A stretch of DNA of 32,000 nucleotides from Candidatus Saccharimonadota bacterium (GTDB taxonomy: Bacteria; Patescibacteriota; Microgenomatia; UBA1406; GWC2-37-13). The stretch is from the NCBI GenBank assembly GCA_016699265.1, contig CP064967.1:30001-62000 (forward strand), in the 5' to 3' direction. Shown in pieces: positions 15,287 through 22,640 of this stretch. Numbering within the stretch: the stretch's first letter is position 1; the number at the start of each line of letters is the position of its first letter. Under the pieces are notes generated by a model. The model ran no database searches, was not told the origin of the DNA, and was given only the letters and a program-made list of their open reading frames with translations. The translations under genes and the position numbers were made by a program.

Positions 15287-16558
15287 ATGCTAGATAAGAA
15301 AGATGACGTTCTTGACGTCAGCACCATGCTCGAGGGTAACGATTATGAAGAAAAAACAATCGCCCCTGCAGAAGCAGAACAGGAACATAGACAGGCAGAT
15401 AGACCACAGAAATCAGACAACAGACTAAAAGAAGATCTGAAATTGAGCTACACCGCAACCGGCGTGCTTGATGTGACTGTAGGTGGGTATGGATTCCTTC
15501 GACAGGACTACACCATCAACCCAAACAAGGACATCTACGTTTCAACATCTCAAATTCGACGCTTCTGGCTTCGAAGAGGAGACATGGTTGAGGGACTCGC
15601 ACGACCTCCTAAGGAAGGCGAGCGATTTCACAGTCTACTTCTTATTAAAAAGATAAATGGAGTGGAGATTACTGAGGAAGAAAGTCGAACTCGTAAAGAC
15701 TTCGAGCAGCTCACCTCGCTACATCCTAATAGGCAGATTAAGTTGGAGACGACTAAAGAGGTATTATCTACAAGAATAATTGATCTAATTGCTCCAATTG
15801 GATTCGGTCAAAGAGCTCTCATTGTTTCTCAACCAAAAGCGGGAAAGACAACTTTCCTTAAGGAGATTGCACAGGCAATTAGCGTCAATCATCCAGAAGC
15901 TCATTTGATGGCCATTCTTATTGGTGAAAGACCTGAGGAAGTTACCGAAATCAAAAGGTTCATTAAGGGAGAGGTGGCAGCATCTAATTTTGACGAGTCT
16001 CCCCGACAACAGGTAAAGGTAGCAAATTTGGCGCTTGAACGAGCAAGAAGGCTCGTTGAGATGGGTAAGGATGTGATCGTACTTCTTGACTCAATCACGC
16101 GCCTAGCACGAGCATTCAATCTTTCTGTTCAAGGAACGGGAAGAAGCATGTCCGGCGGAATTGATCCGTCAGCACTTTTCCCAGCCAAAAAGTTTTTGGG
16201 AGCAGCTCGTAACTGTGAAGAAGGTGGAAGCTTAACCATAATCGGAACAGCTCTTATCGAGACTGAATCACGAATGGATAACCTTATTTACGAAGAGTTC
16301 AAGGGAACCGGAAATATGGAGATCCATCTTGATCGTAAACTTGCTGAGCGAAGAATTTTCCCAGCTGTAAATATCGAAAGATCTGGAACGCGACACGAAG
16401 AGTTGCTTCTTGACGAGAAGTTTATGAAGAAGATAACGACTCTTCATCGTATGTTGGGTCTTCTAGACGGCGAAGAGCGAGTAACGCTCATGATCGATAA
16501 GCTGTCGAAAACGAAGAATAACGCAGAGTTCCTAGACTCTTTAAGCGCTGGAGCGTAA
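15287..16558 (+). CDS. rho: Transcription termination factor Rho
   Basis: Shows the RNA-binding GGYGFLR and [12 protein letters not shown] motifs, Walker [19 protein letters not shown], and [18 protein letters not shown]. Confidence 0.92.
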   Translation: MLDKKDDVLDVSTMLEGNDYEEKTIAPAEAEQEHRQADRPQKSDNRLKEDLKLSYTATGVLDVTVGGYGFLRQDYTINPNKDIYVSTSQIRRFWLRRGDMVEGLARPPKEGERFHSLLLIKKINGVEITEEESRTRKDFEQLTSLHPNRQIKLETTKEVLSTRIIDLIAPIGFGQRALIVSQPKAGKTTFLKEIAQAISVNHPEAHLMAILIGERPEEVTEIKRFIKGEVAASNFDESPRQQVKVANLALERARRLVEMGKDVIVLLDSITRLARAFNLSVQGTGRSMSGGIDPSALFPAKKFLGAARNCEEGGSLTIIGTALIETESRMDNLIYEEFKGTGNMEIHLDRKLAERRIFPAVNIERSGTRHEELLLDEKFMKKITTLHRMLGLLDGEERVTLMIDKLSKTKNNAEFLDSLSAGA

Positions 16559-16560
16559 AG

Positions 16561-17025
16561 CTAGTCAGTTAGGTTGAATCGAAACATCTTTTCGGTGTGG
16601 ACTCCGCCTTGTTTCTCGTAAAATTTGTGGGCAGCCGCAAGTTCAAATCCACTCGTAAGCTTCATTACTTTTATCTGGTTTTTTCTACAGTAATCTTTGA
16701 CGGCTTTTAGTAAGGCTGTGCCTACCCCCTGGCCTCGAGAGCGCTCAGTTATAACCAAGTCTTCAAGATGTCCCGCAAAATAGCCCCTTCGCATAATGGG
16801 CAGAATAAAAAGATCGGCTACTCCGAGTAGGTGTGAGTCTTCTTCTGCGACAAAGACCCTAACGTCAGATCGCCCTAAGAGGTCATTAAATATTTTCTCA
16901 CGCTTCTCTTGTTCCTCTGTAGGTTGCACCGGATTCACTCGCTTCTTGTTGACCTCGGCTAACAGCTCGTCAAGAAGGGCTAAAACCTGATTTGTATCCC
17001 GCGCTTCAGCGAGGCGAATATTCAT
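16561..17025 (-). CDS. GNAT-family N-acetyltransferase
   Basis: Shows the acetyl-CoA loop RGQGVGTALL and the FYEKQG tail. ATG 17025 lies 6 nt after TATAAT (17032-17037, minus strand). The longest ORF starts at 17031. Confidence 0.8.
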   Translation of the reverse strand: MNIRLAEARDTNQVLALLDELLAEVNKKRVNPVQPTEEQEKREKIFNDLLGRSDVRVFVAEEDSHLLGVADLFILPIMRRGYFAGHLEDLVITERSRGQGVGTALLKAVKDYCRKNQIKVMKLTSGFELAAAHKFYEKQGGVHTEKMFRFNLTD

Positions 17026-17089
17026 AACCATATTATATGGGAGATGTGAATGATATGTGCATAAGTTGCGGGTTGATATTTGAGAAAAG

Positions 17090-17129
17090 TTGACAGAGTA
17101 TATACTCTATAGTAGTATGGAGTATATAC
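17090..17129 (+). promoter_or_regulatory. Promoter TTGACA-17-TAGTAT with two GAGTATATAC operator-like sites
   Basis: TTGACA at 17090-17095 and TAGTAT at 17113-17118. A 14-nt perfect palindrome AGAGTATATACTCT at 17095-17108 fills the spacer. A second GAGTATATAC at 17120-17129 has a palindromic GTATATAC core. Confidence 0.6.
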
Positions 17130-17140
17130 CTATACCCCCT

Positions 17141-17365
17141 ATGACTACCCAAAGAATTAATCGAATAATCGGACAACTTAAAGGAATACAAAGAATGATG
17201 GAAACTGAAAGAGACTGTCATGAAATTCTTCAGCAGGTATCCGCCGTAAAGAAAGCGATTGATGGAATTTCCAAGGAGTTGGTAGTGGCGGACATCTGCA
17301 AGTCACTGCCGAAAGAGAGTACGCAAAAAATCGAACGAGTTGTTGATCGAGTTCTTTCAATGTAA
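17141..17365 (+). CDS. CsoR/RcnR/FrmR-family (DUF156) sensor-repressor, C-x-C type
   Basis: Shows INRIIGQLKGIQRMMETERDCHEILQQVSAVKKAI..VADIC. The longest ORF begins with TTG at 17090, but that TTG is the promoter -35 TTGACA, so ATG 17141 gives a normal 74-aa family member. Confidence 0.75.
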   Translation: MTTQRINRIIGQLKGIQRMMETERDCHEILQQVSAVKKAIDGISKELVVADICKSLPKESTQKIERVVDRVLSM

Positions 17366-17376
17366 TATATAGCTCT

Positions 17377-18375
17377 ATGTCAGAAATTCAAAACGTTGTA
17401 ATCATTGGTGGTGGTCCTGCTGGACTTGCCGCAGCTCTCTATACTTCAAGAGCTAATCTTAAGCCGGTCGTGTTTGCAGGTTCCCCTCCGGGTGGTCAGC
17501 TTACGCTAACGAGTGAGGTGGAGAACTGGTTAGGATTCGAGTCTATTCTTGGTCCAGAGCTGATTAGCAAGATGCGTTCGCATGTTGAAAAGTTTGGAGT
17601 GAAGATTTTCGATGAAAATGTTACGAGTATAGACTTTGCCAAGGCTCCGTTTAAGGTAAAAAGCATAGACCGTGAAGTAAGCGCAAAAAGCGTAATTATC
17701 GCTACTGGAGCAAAAGCTCTTTGGCTAAATCTTGAATCTGAACAGCGTTTGAAAGGAAAAGGAGTGTCCGCATGTGCTACTTGTGATGGATTTTTCTTTA
17801 AGAACAAAGTCGTGGCCGTTGTTGGAGGTGGCGACACTGCAATGGAAGAAGCATTAACTCTTACGAAGTTCGCTACTAAAGTCTACTTAATACATAGAAA
17901 AGACTCGTTCCGAGCCTCAAAAATCATGCAAGAGCGAGTCCTAAAACACGAGAAGATAGAGGTTATTTGGAACACGCAAGTTGTGGAGGTTTTGGGAGAG
18001 AGCAGAGTAGAAGGCCTTAAACTACAAAGTGTAGAATCCAAAGAACTAAAAAATCTTACTGTCGATGGACTATTTCTAGGCATCGGACACAAGCCTGACA
18101 CCGAACTTTTTAAAGATAAGATCGAGCTTGATGAAAAAGGCTATATCGTTACCTTTGATATGTTGGCCAGAGAGCACTTGATGTACGGTAAAGTTCCGGC
18201 AGAAAAAGTGAAAAAAATACAAGAGAGCGCAGGCCATAGTCCCACGAGCACCAACGTACTAGGTGTATTCGCAGCGGGAGACTGTGTAGACCACGTTTAT
18301 AGACAGGCAACAACCGCTGTTGGTATGGGTGTAGCTGCCGCATTAGATGTTGAGAGATGGCTTGAACTAGAGTAA
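17377..18375 (+). CDS. trxB: Thioredoxin-disulfide reductase
   Basis: Shows the FAD site GGGPAG, the redox-active CATCDG, the NADPH site GGGDTAMEEA and GVFAAGDC. Confidence 0.9.
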   Translation: MSEIQNVVIIGGGPAGLAAALYTSRANLKPVVFAGSPPGGQLTLTSEVENWLGFESILGPELISKMRSHVEKFGVKIFDENVTSIDFAKAPFKVKSIDREVSAKSVIIATGAKALWLNLESEQRLKGKGVSACATCDGFFFKNKVVAVVGGGDTAMEEALTLTKFATKVYLIHRKDSFRASKIMQERVLKHEKIEVIWNTQVVEVLGESRVEGLKLQSVESKELKNLTVDGLFLGIGHKPDTELFKDKIELDEKGYIVTFDMLAREHLMYGKVPAEKVKKIQESAGHSPTSTNVLGVFAAGDCVDHVYRQATTAVGMGVAAALDVERWLELE

Positions 18376-18384
18376 GATCTTCGT

Positions 18385-19701
18385 ATGAGTACTGCAGGAG
18401 CCCAGATGCTTCAAACTGCGCAAAATCTCATAAAAGAGACTGGCAAAATCCTACATCTTAGCGATGAGCATATTCAAAAACTAGTAGCTCCCGACTCTAT
18501 TCATGAGGCTGTTCTTGAGATCGTACTTGACAGTGGTGCTAAGAAATTCTTTCAGGCATTTAGAGTCCAGCACAATAATACTCTAGGACCGTATAAAGGA
18601 GGTATTCGCTTCCATCCACAGGTATCGGTAGAGGAAGTACAGGCCCTCGCAACTCTCATGAGTATAAAGTGCTCCGTAGCTGGTATTCCACTTGGAGGCG
18701 GTAAGGGGGGGATAATTGTAGATCCTAAAACCCTGTCCGAAAAAGAACTAGAAAAGCTATCTAGAGCCTATGTCGGTGCTTTTTTTGAGTTCATTGGTGA
18801 AGAAAAAGATATCCCAGCGCCAGACGTCAATACAAACGGACAGATTATGTCATGGATGGTGGATGAATACATTAAATTAAAGGCTGAAAGTTTAAAGTTG
18901 GAAGCTGGCGAAATAGGAGAAGAGCAAATTTCAAAGTGGAGAGGGAGCTTTACCGGTAAACCGTTAGAGATAGGAGGGAGTTTGGGCCGAACGGAAGCGA
19001 CGGGCAGAGGTGGAGTCATCGCTTTGAAAGCTCTACTCTCAAAGCTAGGTTCTACGTTCCACACTTCAAGTTCTAAACCTACAATCGCCGTCCAGGGATT
19101 TGGGAATGTCGGATACTACTTCGCGAAGATAGCTTCAGAGGAGGGATTCAATGTTGTATCTGTCTCTGATAGTAAAGGTGGAATTATTTATAAAAATATG
19201 GAACCGCTTGACGTTCCTTTGGTTATGAGCTGTAAGAAAGAAAAAGGAAACTTGTCAGGTTGTTACTGTGTAGGAGGTGTTTGCGACCTAAGAGGTGGTA
19301 GGCCAATCTCCAATGCTGAGCTACTAGAGTTACCAGTTGATATTTTGGTACCATCCGCTCTTGAGAACGTAATAAACGGCGAAAATATGACCAAAATTAA
19401 GGCAAAGATCGTAGTTGAGATGGCAAATGGTCCTGTGACCGAGGAAGCGCAAAACTATTTAGTTAATAAGGGAGTACAGATAATTCCCGATGTATTCGCA
19501 AATAGTGGTGGAGTGACCGTCTCATATCTGGAATGGCGACAAAATGTGGAGAATCAAAGATGGACCGAAAAAGATGTTAATTCCAAGATGCTTAACCTTA
19601 TGACCGCTGCCTTTGAGTCAATCTGGAATCGATCCCAAAAAATGAAAACTTCACTAAAAAATGCCGCGTTTGAAGTCGCTATTGAGCGAATGCTTACTTA
19701 A
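18385..19701 (+). CDS. gdhA: Glutamate dehydrogenase (Glu/Leu/Phe/Val dehydrogenase family)
   Basis: Shows GPYKGGIRFHP, the catalytic-Lys region PLGGGKGG, the Rossmann motif QGFGNVG and NSGGVTVSYLEW. Confidence 0.85.
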   Translation: MSTAGAQMLQTAQNLIKETGKILHLSDEHIQKLVAPDSIHEAVLEIVLDSGAKKFFQAFRVQHNNTLGPYKGGIRFHPQVSVEEVQALATLMSIKCSVAGIPLGGGKGGIIVDPKTLSEKELEKLSRAYVGAFFEFIGEEKDIPAPDVNTNGQIMSWMVDEYIKLKAESLKLEAGEIGEEQISKWRGSFTGKPLEIGGSLGRTEATGRGGVIALKALLSKLGSTFHTSSSKPTIAVQGFGNVGYYFAKIASEEGFNVVSVSDSKGGIIYKNMEPLDVPLVMSCKKEKGNLSGCYCVGGVCDLRGGRPISNAELLELPVDILVPSALENVINGENMTKIKAKIVVEMANGPVTEEAQNYLVNKGVQIIPDVFANSGGVTVSYLEWRQNVENQRWTEKDVNSKMLNLMTAAFESIWNRSQKMKTSLKNAAFEVAIERMLT

Positions 19702-20758
19702 GAAAGTTGAGAGGATTTAGCTGAGCTCCCCCTGAGCGGATTTCAAAATGTAGATGTGGTCCTGACGATCTACCCGTAGATCCCATATTTCCAATTTGCT
19801 GTCCCTGAGAAACTGCCTGACCTGGAGTAACTCCAACAACAGATAGGTGACCATAAAGAGTTTGGTATCCATTTCCATGATCGATAATAATATGACATCC
19901 ATATCCGTATGTAATACACCCAGCAAAGGTTACTGTTCCTGTATCGGAAGCCAGTACTGGAGGGAGAGCATTATTGGCTATATCGAGAGCCATGTGATAC
20001 CAGATTGGATACTGCGTAATTCCTCCTGATGTTGGCCAGATAAAATTTGAGTTCCCTCGTGCTCCTGCTTGGATTGGCCCACTATAGAATCCACCAGGAG
20101 ATGCGACGGGTTTCGGAGGCAAAACTGACCCATTCGGGATAAAGAGAGTTTGACCGGGGGTTAAGGAAAAAGTATCTAGGTCTGCAAAATCATTGAAAGG
20201 AAAGTTAAGAATGTTCTGAGCATCAACGTTATATTTTTTCGCGACCGCATAGATATTGTCACCAGAAATAACCTTATGAACAACTCCGGTTCCAGGAGGA
20301 ACTTTGACGATCTGACCGGGTTTAATTGTGTCTGATTTAAGATTGTTCGCCCACTTAAGAGTGTCGGTCGAGACGTCAAATTTTTTAGCTATTGTACTAA
20401 GAGTATCTCCTCCAAGAACGCTATAGTCTACTACCTTGTCCCTTGGTTTAGCAGAAATAATTGTTCCAATATTGCTTTCATAAGGATTGAATGATACCAC
20501 CGAACTTTGTAGGGTCTGATTAGCACCGAGTTCATTACTGAAAGGATTATTTTCAGCAATAATTGGACCACCAACAAGCGCTGCAACTGCAAGAAGAATA
20601 AATGAGCTATTTAGAAAAGATGACGAATACTTTCCTCGTTTTACTATTAAAATTGCTACAAATACATCTTTAATCCGTTCAATTACGCGAGCTGCATTTA
20701 AGGTTCGAGATCTTAAATAATCGCTGAAAAATAGCACGAATTGAACGAGTTGTCGCAT
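19694..20758 (-). CDS. Membrane-anchored peptidoglycan hydrolase: two LysM domains plus an M23 metallopeptidase
   Basis: LysM repeats are YSVLGGDTLSTIAKKF.. and HKVISGDNIYAVAKKY... M23 motifs are HMALDIA, IIIDHGNGYQTLYGHL and GPHLHFEIR. Confidence 0.85.
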   Translation of the reverse strand: MRQLVQFVLFFSDYLRSRTLNAARVIERIKDVFVAILIVKRGKYSSSFLNSSFILLAVAALVGGPIIAENNPFSNELGANQTLQSSVVSFNPYESNIGTIISAKPRDKVVDYSVLGGDTLSTIAKKFDVSTDTLKWANNLKSDTIKPGQIVKVPPGTGVVHKVISGDNIYAVAKKYNVDAQNILNFPFNDFADLDTFSLTPGQTLFIPNGSVLPPKPVASPGGFYSGPIQAGARGNSNFIWPTSGGITQYPIWYHMALDIANNALPPVLASDTGTVTFAGCITYGYGCHIIIDHGNGYQTLYGHLSVVGVTPGQAVSQGQQIGNMGSTGRSSGPHLHFEIRSGGAQLNPLNFLK

Positions 20759-20770
20759 AGAGTAGTGTTA

Positions 20771-21883
20771 CTATTGTAACACAGAAGGTGCCTGTTTTTG
20801 AGGCGTACCAGAGGCGAAATCCTGACGCTCTTTAAGTACTTTTTCGTAGTTTGATGACGACTGTTTCTTTAACAGAACGAGTAAGGAGTCCATAATCTCA
20901 ACGGCTTTTTTTACATCATTGCTTTGATAGTAGGCATACGCGAGGTTGTAATAGGAATTGGGGAGGTCTGGCTTTAGAAGTATAGCCTGTTGGAATATCT
21001 CTATCGCATTTTCATATTGTTTTAGAGAGTAAAAAATGCCACCAAGTTCGAGTCGATACGACACGTTTTGTGGGTCGAGTAGAATGGCTCTTTGAAATGC
21101 TCCAATTGCCCACTGTTCCGCACCTTTTACTCCTAGCACATTCTTATATACAACGCCTAGATTCTCCCAGTTAGATGCGCGATTAGAGTTAAGAGAAACG
21201 GCTGACTGAGCTTCATTTATGGCTCTTTGCACCGTTTGGGTTACTACGATCTTGTTTGGATTTGGTTTTGAGGCAACTTGCTTTGCTATAAATATGTTTG
21301 TTTGGGAAAAATTAACCCTATACCTTTCTATATACGGATTAAGCACGATTGCGTGACGCTGCTGGTCATACAGTTCCTGCAGATTGTTTCTCGCGATTGC
21401 GTACACTGAGTTTCTCATAGCAATCTCTGCTCGATAAGTCGGAACCAAAAGAACCCAAAAAACATACCAAACACAACAAAGAGCGGTAACGGTAAAAACG
21501 GTCAAAATCGCTAATAAGGCTCCTCTTAGTCTGTGAGTTATTTTTTTATGACCGTTTGCAGAATCGTTTATTGAGAGGGCTAAACTCAAAAAAAGAATAA
21601 AAAATAACATAAACGAGGCTGGTGCAACTGCAATTATTATCGCTGAATAGACCAAAAATGAGGGTGAAGTTGTCTTGTTCTTGAGAATAAATCCAAAAAT
21701 GAAGAGTCCGAGAAGTGCGAAAGTACCAATAAATCCCGATTCAGTGATGATCTTTAGAGTCGCTGATGATGCGTTGTCGAAGCCAGACTGAGACCAGTAT
21801 GGAGTGGAGTTGTATGTGCCATCCTTTGCTTGTGTGAGCGCCGAACCAAAACTATTAATGCCAGCTCCGAAGAAAAATCCCAT
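20771..21883 (-). CDS. C-terminal part of an O-antigen-ligase-like membrane protein with TPR repeats
   Basis: Shows GFFFGAGINSF (the G-x-G-x-x-F loop of Wzy_C-type proteins), TM helices, then TPR-like repeats (NLGVVY.., YRLELGGIFY.., YYNLAYAYY). It is in the same reading frame as ORF 21977-22621; see the finding. Confidence 0.7.
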   Translation of the reverse strand: MGFFFGAGINSFGSALTQAKDGTYNSTPYWSQSGFDNASSATLKIITESGFIGTFALLGLFIFGFILKNKTTSPSFLVYSAIIIAVAPASFMLFFILFLSLALSINDSANGHKKITHRLRGALLAILTVFTVTALCCVWYVFWVLLVPTYRAEIAMRNSVYAIARNNLQELYDQQRHAIVLNPYIERYRVNFSQTNIFIAKQVASKPNPNKIVVTQTVQRAINEAQSAVSLNSNRASNWENLGVVYKNVLGVKGAEQWAIGAFQRAILLDPQNVSYRLELGGIFYSLKQYENAIEIFQQAILLKPDLPNSYYNLAYAYYQSNDVKKAVEIMDSLLVLLKKQSSSNYEKVLKERQDFASGTPQKQAPSVLQ

Positions 21884-21976
21884 AGGTGTTCCTAGTGCTT
21901 TTGATACTGTTCTGAGCGAAAGATTGAGCGGAGCCGTATTTGGTATTTTTTTCGAGTTAAGGACTGAAATCGTGCT

Positions 21977-22621
21977 CTATAGCGAGATTGAAAGTGCTAC
22001 TAGCGACAGTAAGATTCCGATTGAAGTAAGTATGCTAAAGCGACCTGTTATTTTTTTCTCTTTAATGAGGCAGACCGATTGGTAGACAAAAATAAATCCG
22101 AGGTAAATAAGGAGATCTGTCTGTGTTCCGATTGGTGTAAATGAGTTCATTTTTAAAAACTGAAATACTCTTGGTAGAGCGACTGTGTCAAAGGGTCGCA
22201 TCATAAGTACGATTGTTATAGAAGAGATGCATATGCCGCTAAGTCGGAGAAGCGTGTCAACGATTGAAAACTCATTTTCTTCGGCTACGTACCAGAAGTA
22301 AATGGCCATTGAAGTGAGCATAAGAGGACCATTTGTAATATCGAGGAGAGGTTGTATTTTATTATCAGAACTGAGTAGTGCTGAAATGTAAGTAGAAAGT
22401 AAAAACACCCCTATAGGGATAAGCATTAGTACGACGTTTCTTGACCAACTAAATTTGCGTTTCTGAATAAGCTGCATAGTAGATATTGAGAGTAGAATGA
22501 TCGCAGAGATCGAGATGAGCATAAATTTGTTTATGTCATAAAACTCGTGAGTAATTGGAAGGAAAAAAATAGGGATTAAGAACGTGGTAAAGCCGACAAT
22601 GTATGTTTTCAATTTATGCAT
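21977..22621 (-). CDS. N-terminal polytopic membrane part of the O-antigen-ligase-like protein
   Basis: About 6 TM helices. It ends at a single TAG (21977-21979) that is in frame with the downstream ORF, and the 93 nt between them is open in that frame. Confidence 0.65.
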   Translation of the reverse strand: MHKLKTYIVGFTTFLIPIFFLPITHEFYDINKFMLISISAIILLSISTMQLIQKRKFSWSRNVVLMLIPIGVFLLSTYISALLSSDNKIQPLLDITNGPLMLTSMAIYFWYVAEENEFSIVDTLLRLSGICISSITIVLMMRPFDTVALPRVFQFLKMNSFTPIGTQTDLLIYLGFIFVYQSVCLIKEKKITGRFSILTSIGILLSLVALSISL

Positions 22622-22640
22622 ATGTTGGTATTGTAGATTC

